Assembly: GCF_021054785.1 (NCBI RefSeq)
Contig: NZ_CP088239.1
Span: forward strand, 1,200,001-1,232,000
DNA: 32,000 nt
Source of the DNA: Tannockella kyphosi
Lineage (GTDB): Bacteria; Bacillota_I; Bacilli_A; Erysipelotrichales; Coprobacillaceae
Direction: 5' to 3'
Shown here: positions 23,681 through 32,000 of the stretch, piece by piece
Layout: the number at the start of each line of letters is the position of its first letter
How positions within the stretch are numbered: position 1 is the stretch's first letter
The notes under the pieces: generated by a model
What the model was told of the DNA's origin: nothing
Database searches by the model: none
What the model saw: the letters and a program-made list of their open reading frames with translations, nothing else
Program-made: the position numbers and the translations under genes

Positions 23681-24981
23681 GTGTCCTTGAAACCTCCCCC
23701 TTGTGATGAATTAACAATAAATGAATTAGGATCTCTAGTAAAACGAGTTAATCCACTTTTCCATACCATTGGCTCTTCTGCCATTAAAACAAATGCTCGA
23801 AGATCCGCTTTTCTTTTAACAATAATACCATTATCCACAATATCCTCATCTAAAAAATCAATTACTTCTTGTGCAATAAACCTTCTAGGTTCTGCCTTCA
23901 TTAAAGTAATAAAACTTTCTTTTTGATCAGGTGTCATTTTACTACCAAAGACAACACCATATCCTCCTGCTTCTGCTACATCCTTTAATACCAAATTATC
24001 AAAGTTTTCTAATACATAATCCATATCTTTTTGATAAAAAGGTAAATAAGTTGGCGCATTTTGTAAAATAGCCTTTTCATTTAAATAATATTCTATCATT
24101 TTAGGAACAAAATAATAAATTCCTTTATCATCTGCTACTCCATTACCTGGTGCATTTAAAATAGCTACATTTCCTTTTCTAAACACATCATACAAATGAG
24201 GTATTCCAATTAATGATTCTGGATTAAACGTCATAGGATCCAAATATTCATCTGAAATACGACGATAAACAGCCCCTACTTTTTGTTTATTCCCAGTATA
24301 ATCAATAAAATATAAATAATCATTCTCTACCACCAATTCATTACCTGTTGCAAGTCTTGAACCAGTTTGTTCAGCAAGATAAGAATGTTCAAAATAAGCA
24401 GCATTATATCTACCTGGTGTTAAAATAATATTTAAACCCCCAGTATTAGAATAATCCATCGTTGCCTTTAACATCTTTGCATAATCACGGTTATCTTCAA
24501 TTTGATTATCATGGAAAATACCAGGACATCCTCTTCTTGTTAACTTCCTAGCAATCATCGGATAAGATGCTCCTGAAGGAACTCGTAAATTATCTTCTAA
24601 AATATACCATTCTTTGTTTTTTCCTTGTACCAAATCAATTCCAGAAATATGACTATAAATACCTTTAGAAGGCATTACTTCTTCACACATTGGTAAATAA
24701 CCACTACATGAATAAATAAAATCCTCTGGTATAATATTATCCTTCACAATTTGTTTTTCATGATAAATATCTTTAATAAATAAATTTAATGCTTTCACCC
24801 TTTGTTTTAATCCTGCCTCCAAAACATCAAATTCATCTTTTGGAATAATACGAGGAATTGTATCAAAAGGAAACAATTGTTCAACAAACGTATTGTTTTT
24901 ATAAATACCAAACTTTACTCCATATCGGGCTAACAAATCATTAATAACCTCTTTTTTATTTAACAAGTCTTCATACAACAT
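23662..24981 (-). CDS. circularly permuted type 2 ATP-grasp protein (COG2308-like)
   Basis: 439 aa. FPFDTIPRIIPKDEFDVLEAGLKQRVKALNLFIKDIYHEKQIVKDNIIPEDFIY closely resembles the family N-terminal region as I recall it. GGGAGGA RBS. Confidence 0.75.
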   Translation of the reverse strand: MLYEDLLNKKEVINDLLARYGVKFGIYKNNTFVEQLFPFDTIPRIIPKDEFDVLEAGLKQRVKALNLFIKDIYHEKQIVKDNIIPEDFIYSCSGYLPMCEEVMPSKGIYSHISGIDLVQGKNKEWYILEDNLRVPSGASYPMIARKLTRRGCPGIFHDNQIEDNRDYAKMLKATMDYSNTGGLNIILTPGRYNAAYFEHSYLAEQTGSRLATGNELVVENDYLYFIDYTGNKQKVGAVYRRISDEYLDPMTFNPESLIGIPHLYDVFRKGNVAILNAPGNGVADDKGIYYFVPKMIEYYLNEKAILQNAPTYLPFYQKDMDYVLENFDNLVLKDVAEAGGYGVVFGSKMTPDQKESFITLMKAEPRRFIAQEVIDFLDEDIVDNGIIVKRKADLRAFVLMAEEPMVWKSGLTRFTRDPNSFIVNSSQGGGFKDTWVLSR

Positions 24982-25030
24982 AAAATTTCCTCCCTTGATA
25001 ATTTTTTATTATACTGACTGATTTTTAACA

Positions 25031-25059
25031 ATGATAGCATATCAAATATACCATGTCAA
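25031..25059 (-). promoter_or_regulatory. candidate sigma-A promoter of the ATP-grasp operon (TTGACA-17-TATCAT)
   Basis: On the minus strand, TTGACA is at 25054-25059 and TATCAT at 25031-25036. It lies just downstream of the Wadjet operon terminator. Confidence 0.5.
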
Positions 25060-25094
25060 CGAACATCCAACAAATAAAAATATTACTTTTTCAA

Positions 25095-25129
25095 ATAAAA
25101 AAATAAGTGAGGAAATTCCATCACTTATT
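25095..25129 (-). terminator. rho-independent terminator ending the Wadjet-like operon
   Basis: On the minus strand, AATAAGTGA-TGGAATTTCC-TCACTTATT followed by TTTTATTTG. Overlaps the stop codon of the 117-aa gene. Confidence 0.6.
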
Positions 25130-25474
25130 CATGTCAATTTCATATTTAGCAAGGACACCATTTCCCCTAGGATGTCCGTGTTCTTCACTCTTTGTTAGGG
25201 CTACTACCCCTAATTCTTTAAATAAAACTCCATCAATCATTGCTTTTTCTTGAAATTCTTCAATTGTTGCAAAAAACTGATCATCTAAATAAAGTCCTTT
25301 ATCTATTCTTTTTCCTTTTGCTACTTCATAACAATTCATCCCTACTCTATGTGTTTTTTCTTTGTATTCAAATGTTAAATTTTCTATCATTGTATCGTAC
25401 ATTCTATCTACTTCAAAAGCAGCAATAATCGCTTTTGCATCACAATATAGAGGGGCTTTTTTCTTAAAAAACAT
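25121..25474 (-). CDS. hypothetical 117-aa protein, fifth cistron of the Wadjet-like operon
   Basis: AAGGAG RBS. Starts 12 nt after the jetD stop with no intervening terminator. No family recognised. Confidence 0.65.
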   Translation of the reverse strand: MFFKKKAPLYCDAKAIIAAFEVDRMYDTMIENLTFEYKEKTHRVGMNCYEVAKGKRIDKGLYLDDQFFATIEEFQEKAMIDGVLFKELGVVALTKSEEHGHPRGNGVLAKYEIDMNK

Positions 25475-25486
25475 CTTTTTCTCCTT

Positions 25487-26746
25487 TTATTTTAATTTTT
25501 GTATGTATTTTTGATGTAATGCTTCTTGATAAGTAGCATACTTACATTGCTTTAAGGCATCACAAATAGGTAATAATTGATCATTTATGCATTTATCTAA
25601 CATCTTTAATCTTTTTTCACTAATCATTTTCGATGATAAATGTTGATAATAATTATCCGTTTCATAGTTCCATAAAGAAATAGTTGGATATCTAGTTAAT
25701 AATTTATCGGCAATCAATATTCCTTCAGGATCAAAATCACCTGCATAATAAATAGTTGCACTTGTTTTACTTAGAATATCTAACAATAAATATGCTGCTA
25801 AATTTAATTGCCCATAGGTACATATAAAAGCACAATCTTCCATATTATTTTGTTTTCCATGCAAACATAAATATCGAAACGTAGATGGATTTTCTAAAAT
25901 ATAAACTCGTTTAGGAACTATGATTTCTTTGATTTGACGAATATTATAAACTTGAATAATCCAAGGTTCATATAAGTCATACATTGCTTGCCATGCTAGA
26001 TGAATATCTTCCATCTTTGCACTTAAATGACAAATCATAACAAAGTTAGATACATCATTAGAAATAAGACCAGCTTGATAATATAAAAAATCTTTTTTTA
26101 TTATCTCATCCTCTTCATCAAAACCAAAGATATGTTCTAGAATGGAAATAAATAAATTTTGATATGCTAATCGATCTAAGAAATGAGGGTCTTTTAAATG
26201 ATTTTCTAAAAATTCAATTAGTAATTGAGTCTTTTGTTGGAAAACAGGAAGAACATTTATTGCATTAAATAAAGAAATCAAAGTATCTTTATCTTCTTTC
26301 CATAGTTTAAAAATATTGATAAAACTAGTTGGTTGACTAACTACCTTTTCTATAAAAGAATATATTGGTTGATTTTCATACATATCCAATAAATCTTCTA
26401 GAAAAGATAAATAACTTTCTTTTTCTTGCTTTTTGTTTTGTTTTTTAAAATAGAAAGGTGATCCCTTATGTAATTCTAACATTTTTACAAAATCCATCTC
26501 TTCATAATTACTTTTATCCAATGCTTTTTTTACTTTGTTAAAAGATATCTTCCATTCACTACCACCAGGTAGTGTTACCTGTAATAGTGCTGCAATAGAT
26601 TCCTTTTCATCATTTGATAAATCAACTAAAACAATAGAACCGCCTAAATATTCTAACTGTTCATATCTTTCTAACCATTTATCCAAAAAAACAGGAATAC
26701 CTGGTTTAGAGCTAGCATATTGCAAAAACTGCTCTTCTATAGCCAT
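25487..26746 (-). CDS. jetD: JetD-like Toprim nuclease subunit (TIGR02679 / DUF2399-like)
   Basis: 419 aa. Toprim Glu in YILENPSTF (E285 at 25892-25894) and DxD in YAGDFDPEG (25730-25738). Overlaps jetC by 10 nt. Confidence 0.75.
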   Translation of the reverse strand: MAIEEQFLQYASSKPGIPVFLDKWLERYEQLEYLGGSIVLVDLSNDEKESIAALLQVTLPGGSEWKISFNKVKKALDKSNYEEMDFVKMLELHKGSPFYFKKQNKKQEKESYLSFLEDLLDMYENQPIYSFIEKVVSQPTSFINIFKLWKEDKDTLISLFNAINVLPVFQQKTQLLIEFLENHLKDPHFLDRLAYQNLFISILEHIFGFDEEDEIIKKDFLYYQAGLISNDVSNFVMICHLSAKMEDIHLAWQAMYDLYEPWIIQVYNIRQIKEIIVPKRVYILENPSTFRYLCLHGKQNNMEDCAFICTYGQLNLAAYLLLDILSKTSATIYYAGDFDPEGILIADKLLTRYPTISLWNYETDNYYQHLSSKMISEKRLKMLDKCINDQLLPICDALKQCKYATYQEALHQKYIQKLK

Positions 26747-29700
26747 GTGTCTAACATCCTTTTATTCGTACCATTCCACTTATATAAAACCATTGTTACA
26801 AATTTTGCATTTTCTGGTCGATATAAATCATAGATAGCCAGATTTTTAACTGCTGGATAATCACCCCAAAGAACTTGTGAGTTAATAATATAGTCGAAAT
26901 CAAACTTAGCAATTAGCTCAAACATATTATTGATATTTTTTTCATCAATTCCTGCAAAAGCTTCATCTAAAGCAATTAAAACTGGAGAATCACTTCTAGC
27001 ATTTTCAAACTTCGCTGCTACTGCAGAAAATAATGGAACATACATAGACATTGCTTTTTCCCCACCACTATAAGAATTAAATAAATTGTTTGTTAATTCT
27101 TTTTTGTTTTCACCTGTTTTTTGAGTCATTATTTTAAAATCAAACCACTGACGATAATCTATTGCATCCTGCATTAATTGATGAAAGCTAAGTAAATTCC
27201 CTGTTTGCATTTGTTGTTTTCTAGCTTCATCAATTTTTACTCTAAAATGATTGGATAGTTTTTGACGATCACTTGGTTTTAATAATTGTGGATCAGCTTG
27301 TAAAAGTGTAATTAATTCACGAGTATGCAATTGTTCTTGTCCATCTGATGTTCTTTTTTCCCATTTCAAACTCAATGAAAGTCCACTACTTGTATCCATT
27401 CCCCTCATGTAACGATTCATTTTTTCTACCCAATCTAAACTACTTTGAATATGTTTACGTATCTTTTGACTAACTGTATTCACTAAAATATCCTCAAATA
27501 AATTCTTATCTGATTCTAATAACAATACTTCTTCTAATTCCAAAGCCTCTAATTGATAATTTTTAAGTTTTTCTAAACTTACTTGTTGTCCTGCATACCT
27601 TGCTTTAATATCTATTCTTGTTTTTAAATCATCAACTCCATCGCATGGAAATATGGATAATAACAATAAATTATTTTCTTGTAATGCAACACGATGTTGG
27701 TTCATCATAGCTTGTACTTCTAAAGCTAAGTTTTCTGGATTTTTCCTTACTTCATAATTCGAATATTTTTCTTTCAAACATTTATCATAATCCACTTTTT
27801 TAGTATCTCTATCAAAAACATAAAATAATTCTAGTTCTTCATATAAAAAAGATTGATATAATTGTGTGTTTTCTTTTTTAGAAATAATTAATTTTTGATT
27901 ATTATTTAATTGTTCTTGTGTTGTTTCTAAAGAAGTACGTAAACTACCAATATGAACATTCTCTTGAATAATTAAATCTTTAATTTCATGTAAACGTTTT
28001 GAAATTACTTCTAATCTTTCTTTTATATCTTCAAAACCAGCTTCTTTTAATAATTCATTCTTACTTATTAATTGTACTAAAATCGTATCTAAGTTATTTT
28101 GAGTTTGATAGATTTCTCCTTTTAATAACAATACATCTTCTTCTAGTTCTTCTAGAGATAGATGATAGTGTTGTTTTATTTCAAATTCGGAAACATATTT
28201 ATTGTGTTGCACTTGAATTTCACGCACATTTTTTTGAATATCACGATATCCTTCTACTTGTTTGGTAAAGTTTTCTTTTGATGGATGCATTTGTAACATA
28301 TTTCCAAGTTCTTTAATTTTATTTGATTTTTGTTTTAATAAAACATCCTCTTTTTCCACTAAAACACTTAATTCTTGTATTTGATTCATAATTACTTCCA
28401 TTGTTTGGTTTACCTTATGAATACTCTCTACCACTAATTTCAAATCTTCTTCTAAAAGAAAACTATTTTTTTCATTTTGAAGAGCTTCAAAAATCAAATC
28501 AATATCCATTATTTGTTTTTCATTTTCTGTTATTTTATTTTCTAAATCTTCAATTTCTTGTGATAACATATTTATCTTAGTTTGACGATAGATTGTTCTT
28601 GCCTCATTGCCGATATAGATTGATTCTTCCTCTTTCGATAAAGTTCCTTCTAAGAATCCATAACGATAAGTTTGGTCATTCCATGTAATCTTTGCATGAA
28701 GTGGACATCGTAAAGCTAAATAATCATTCACTTGTTTTTCAATACTTTTTATATCATTTCCCGTTAAATAACAAGCACTTACATCTAATTGATCAACAAA
28801 TATATAATTATCACTCATCCCATTAGGATTATTTACAATAACCTCTCGATCATCATTTCTAACAACTAGACTATACAATAATCCACTATTAAAAAATATT
28901 TCTTCGACTATTTTTTTTGTTGCATCTTCTACATCTTCTTTGAATTCAAATAACTCATAAAACATTTGATAAGAGATATTATTTTGTTTTAAATATTTCC
29001 TATTTGCAATTGATTTTTCTGTTAGTTTTGGTGTAATTGTAATCATATTTTGCCAATATTCAAGTTCATTATCTAATTTCAATAATGTTACCTTATATTG
29101 TTCTTGTTCTTTTTTTAATCTAGATTTATTTAAAAGATTATCTTGATAAGATTCTAAATAACAATCAGAAATCATTGTTAAAATATCACGATAATTATTT
29201 TCTTCTAAATAATCACATAAAATAGAAATAAGTAACTCTAATTTAGTTTGATCTAATTTTAGATATTTATTTTTGGCATTCCAATGATAAATATTTTCTT
29301 TATATTCTTCTATTTTTATTTCATATCTTTCCGTTGCTTGTTTTAATAAGTTTTCTTGTTCTTCTATTGAGTTTTTATAAGATTCTATTTGTTCTACTTT
29401 TTGGTCTAACTGTTTCTTTTCTAATTCATATTCTTGGAATAATTGCAAACCTGTTAATAGATGTCCTAAAATAGTATCCGTATTTGTAAAGAATTCTCCA
29501 TACTCATAAGAATTAGTAAGATTCGTCATTAGATCTTGTTTTAATATTTCATAGTCCGTACTTCCAATTGTTTTTTGTGCTTGATTGCATTCTAAAAAAG
29601 ATTCATGGATGGTACGATCTAATAAAGATAACTCATAGTTTTTCTGTTCTAATTTTTTTTCATTTTTACGATAAGTATCTTCTTTGTTTTCTAATGTTAT

Positions 29701-30747
29701 TTGTTTTATTTGAATCGTTTGATTTTTTTCTTTTTTCTCTTTTTCTAATAATTGTACTTGATCGTATAATTGATTAATGTTGTCATTAGAAATAGTTGCT
29801 TCTTCTTGTTGTAAAACTAATTGTTCATCATTTAGTTGTTTTAGTAAATTAGTAGTACTGTCTAATTCTAATTGTTTTCGTTCTAATAATTTATTGTTTT
29901 CTTTTTCTAGTTTTTGAAATTGTTGTAAATCTTTGTTTTCTCGATTATATTTTTGATATTTGTCATATAACATATATTCATTATATTTATCAAAAACAAA
30001 AAGAATTGATTTACTACTATGTATTGCTGTTTTTAGCGTTTCTATATTATCATGATGGCTATCCATATTAGATATTGCTTCACTCATAGGACGTAACTCA
30101 TCTTGTGATAATGGTTGCAATGAATCTCTTAGCATCTCATTAATAGCAGTTGGTTTTAATGTGTTGCTTAATTTTGGCATACGTAATTTCAAAATCAAGT
30201 CAATCGCCTCTTTGTAAATATCATTACTCGCAAATCCAAAAATACTTTGATTTACTCTTTCCATATATGCTTTTTGACCTTCTATATATTGTGAACCAAG
30301 GATGTTTCTTAACTGCAGTTTTGTAATTGCAAGTTTCCCATCATATAAGGAAATTTCTTTGTTAATGCGACGATTATCATCGATAACAAAATACCAAGAA
30401 TCCAATGGTTTTCCTTTTCTTGCACGCATCCCCATACCGATTGTTTTATATATTTCACTATCTTCTCTTTTAAATTCTATATATAAATAACCAATTCGAT
30501 CATCTCTACCTGATTGTTCATCTAACAAATAACTTTCTAGTTTTCTAGATTTACTTCCAAAGGCATCTAACCTTTCACTGCTTTTATTCCCATCTAACAA
30601 CAAAGGAATAAAGCTTTGCATCGTAACTGATTTTCCACTACCATTGCTTCCTCTAAGCAACATATGTCCATGATCAAAATAAAATTCCTCATTTACATAA
30701 AACCAAAAATCAACTACCCCTAATTTATTCATATGCCATTTACTCAT
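26737..30747 (-). CDS. jetC: JetC-like SMC/Rad50-type ATPase (TIGR02680-like)
   Basis: 1336 aa. Walker A GSNGSGKS (30628-30651), very long E/K/Q/L-rich coiled-coil centre, signature SGGE (27058-27069), Walker B LIALDE (D at 26965-26967). Confidence 0.85.
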   Translation of the reverse strand: MSKWHMNKLGVVDFWFYVNEEFYFDHGHMLLRGSNGSGKSVTMQSFIPLLLDGNKSSERLDAFGSKSRKLESYLLDEQSGRDDRIGYLYIEFKREDSEIYKTIGMGMRARKGKPLDSWYFVIDDNRRINKEISLYDGKLAITKLQLRNILGSQYIEGQKAYMERVNQSIFGFASNDIYKEAIDLILKLRMPKLSNTLKPTAINEMLRDSLQPLSQDELRPMSEAISNMDSHHDNIETLKTAIHSSKSILFVFDKYNEYMLYDKYQKYNRENKDLQQFQKLEKENNKLLERKQLELDSTTNLLKQLNDEQLVLQQEEATISNDNINQLYDQVQLLEKEKKEKNQTIQIKQITLENKEDTYRKNEKKLEQKNYELSLLDRTIHESFLECNQAQKTIGSTDYEILKQDLMTNLTNSYEYGEFFTNTDTILGHLLTGLQLFQEYELEKKQLDQKVEQIESYKNSIEEQENLLKQATERYEIKIEEYKENIYHWNAKNKYLKLDQTKLELLISILCDYLEENNYRDILTMISDCYLESYQDNLLNKSRLKKEQEQYKVTLLKLDNELEYWQNMITITPKLTEKSIANRKYLKQNNISYQMFYELFEFKEDVEDATKKIVEEIFFNSGLLYSLVVRNDDREVIVNNPNGMSDNYIFVDQLDVSACYLTGNDIKSIEKQVNDYLALRCPLHAKITWNDQTYRYGFLEGTLSKEEESIYIGNEARTIYRQTKINMLSQEIEDLENKITENEKQIMDIDLIFEALQNEKNSFLLEEDLKLVVESIHKVNQTMEVIMNQIQELSVLVEKEDVLLKQKSNKIKELGNMLQMHPSKENFTKQVEGYRDIQKNVREIQVQHNKYVSEFEIKQHYHLSLEELEEDVLLLKGEIYQTQNNLDTILVQLISKNELLKEAGFEDIKERLEVISKRLHEIKDLIIQENVHIGSLRTSLETTQEQLNNNQKLIISKKENTQLYQSFLYEELELFYVFDRDTKKVDYDKCLKEKYSNYEVRKNPENLALEVQAMMNQHRVALQENNLLLLSIFPCDGVDDLKTRIDIKARYAGQQVSLEKLKNYQLEALELEEVLLLESDKNLFEDILVNTVSQKIRKHIQSSLDWVEKMNRYMRGMDTSSGLSLSLKWEKRTSDGQEQLHTRELITLLQADPQLLKPSDRQKLSNHFRVKIDEARKQQMQTGNLLSFHQLMQDAIDYRQWFDFKIMTQKTGENKKELTNNLFNSYSGGEKAMSMYVPLFSAVAAKFENARSDSPVLIALDEAFAGIDEKNINNMFELIAKFDFDYIINSQVLWGDYPAVKNLAIYDLYRPENAKFVTMVLYKWNGTNKRMLDTWL

Positions 30748-30759
30748 TACAATGCCTCC

Positions 30760-31866
30760 TTAAAATGATCCTACTATTTTTGCTACAATTGGAAAAATAA
30801 CTACCATTTGTTCTTCTAATAAAATAAACCCTACGTTTTCTTGATATTCGATAACTTGTTTTGTTAAATTTTCAATTCCTACTATTTGATATTTTTTTGG
30901 TAATTTCTCAATATTTGTTTTCAATATTTTTTGTATTGCCAAATCATATTCTGTTTTTTGGATACTGACTATTTCATGTTCATTCTTTATCCATTTATTA
31001 TTTTTTATTAATTTCCTAATGTTTTCATTTACAATTAAACATAAATCATTCATTGTCCCAACACCTGGAATTGTTTTCTTTAAAATAGCATCTTCATCTA
31101 TTACTAGATAAGCACTTGATGAATGTACTTGCAAAGTACATGGAAATAACTTTTGGAAATCTTTTTCAATTTGATTTCGATAATTTCTAACATATTGAAA
31201 ATCCTCTTCATCACTTGTACTATAACGATAAATACCCAATGATAATAACAACTTACGATACACTCTTTGTCTACGAACAATCCCTCGATTTTCTTCTATT
31301 CCTATCCATTGTCCATAAAGAAAGTCTTCTGATTTTTGATAATCCATGATATCTGTTGTAAAATGTCTCATAAAGTAACGTGAGTTTCCTGTATTTTCAT
31401 ATAATGCATTTGCTTTTTCATCTTTTAAAAAGCCTTCTTCATCTCCATCATTTAGAATTAGTAATCCATTTTTTAGAGCAAATTTGATAACATGAATAAA
31501 TTGTCTTCTATTTTTATGAGTTTCCCAATCAATTTGATTATTTTGAAATTGAGTTTTGATGTATTCACTAATATCTAATAGTGCAAATTGTTCTTCTATT
31601 TCTTTATCTTCTAAATACATTAGAAGATAACAAAACATTTGATATTCTGTATTTGTTTGAAATTCTTGGATACCCATCCACCCTTCTCCTTTACCAGGAA
31701 TTTTTTCTAATTTGATTAGATTTTGGGTGATTATTAAGTTATAACCTATTTTTTCATATACTTTTTGTCTTATTTCTTTGCTATCATCTTTTATTTGATA
31801 ATACAGTTCGGTATTATCTTTTTTTAATACCCATCTTCTATTTAACAGTTCTTCAATTGTTTTCAT
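30760..31866 (-). CDS. jetB: JetB-like subunit (DUF2398 / TIGR02678-like)
   Basis: 368 aa. The N-terminal LLNRRWVLKKDNTELYYQIKDDSKEIRQKVYEKIGYNLIIT pattern matches my recollection of TIGR02678. Lies between the partial upstream ORF and jetC. Confidence 0.65.
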   Translation of the reverse strand: MKTIEELLNRRWVLKKDNTELYYQIKDDSKEIRQKVYEKIGYNLIITQNLIKLEKIPGKGEGWMGIQEFQTNTEYQMFCYLLMYLEDKEIEEQFALLDISEYIKTQFQNNQIDWETHKNRRQFIHVIKFALKNGLLILNDGDEEGFLKDEKANALYENTGNSRYFMRHFTTDIMDYQKSEDFLYGQWIGIEENRGIVRRQRVYRKLLLSLGIYRYSTSDEEDFQYVRNYRNQIEKDFQKLFPCTLQVHSSSAYLVIDEDAILKKTIPGVGTMNDLCLIVNENIRKLIKNNKWIKNEHEIVSIQKTEYDLAIQKILKTNIEKLPKKYQIVGIENLTKQVIEYQENVGFILLEEQMVVIFPIVAKIVGSF

Positions 31867-32000
31867 TTAGAATCCTCTCCAAATATAATCTTAAAGCAAG
31901 GTGTAATAAAATCACCATCACTACATTTTAAAACACATTCCCCTTCTTTTTCTTTTTCTACTCGATAAATTAATCCAGAATCTGTTTTTGCTGTTTTCGA
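31863..32000 (-). CDS. jetA: C-terminal end of an upstream ORF, probably the JetA-like (DUF2397/TIGR02677-like) subunit
   Basis: My translation gives ...SKTAKTDSGLIYRVEKEKEGECVLKCSDGDFITPCFKIIFGEDSK*. The TGA stop overlaps the jetB ATG (ATGA). Identity is inferred from operon position only. Confidence 0.45.
   Translation of the reverse strand, partial: SKTAKTDSGLIYRVEKEKEGECVLKCSDGDFITPCFKIIFGEDSK

Noticed and set aside
1745-30490. Plus-strand ORFs from the track lying antisense inside long minus-strand genes: 1745-2008, 9712-9909, 17710-18000, 20147-20440, 22673-22888, 23681-23926, 25240-25428, 26535-26837, 27999-28268, 29568-29777, 30302-30490. Also the minus-strand ORF 2938-3141 inside mog.
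   Set aside because: All are shadow ORFs fully overlapped by well-supported genes. They have low-complexity or odd composition typical of antisense AT-rich frames, and I saw no RBS and no recognisable motifs.
1-32000. Mobile-element boundaries (IS elements, integrases, att-like direct repeats, tRNA insertion sites) flanking the Wadjet and ATP-grasp modules.
   Set aside because: I could recognise no transposase, recombinase, tRNA or long terminal repeat in the window. Horizontal acquisition can only be tested by compositional analysis or comparative genomics that I cannot run here.

Overview
AT-rich, low-GC Firmicute-like chromosomal segment (taxon is inference). No rRNA, tRNA, CRISPR array, transposase or integrase was recognised. 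Every gene from 3420 to 32000 is on the minus strand. In window order: (1) a 2Fe-2S subunit gene and a molybdopterin subunit gene of a xanthine-dehydrogenase-family enzyme (minus), divergent from moaC-mog (plus). The shared intergenic region holds two near-identical 18-bp palindromes. (2) A complete Gram-positive type IV pilus operon: pilB-pilD-pilC-pilMN-pilO, three minor pilins and a major pilin. No pilT is present, and PilB has a tandem MshEN-like motif. (3) Two adjacent zinc-ribbon membrane proteins. (4) An aromatic-acid-exporter-family gene preceded by a ~330-nt promoter-to-terminator leader that I could not assign to any RNA family. (5) A FecR-domain protein with Listeria/Bacteroides-type repeats, azlCD and an ABC-F ATPase. 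(6) A five-gene operon: circularly permuted ATP-grasp, alpha-E, transglutaminase and two AstE/AspA (M14-like) deacylase paralogs, one of which has lost its metal ligands. This is a poorly characterised predicted peptide ligation/tagging module. (7) A Wadjet-like SMC defence operon (jetA partial, jetB, jetC, jetD) of the TIGR02677-02680 type, with an extra unrecognised 117-aa fifth cistron. Modules 6 and 7 are adjacent and are the most interesting candidates. All family assignments come from reading motifs by eye; no database search was run.
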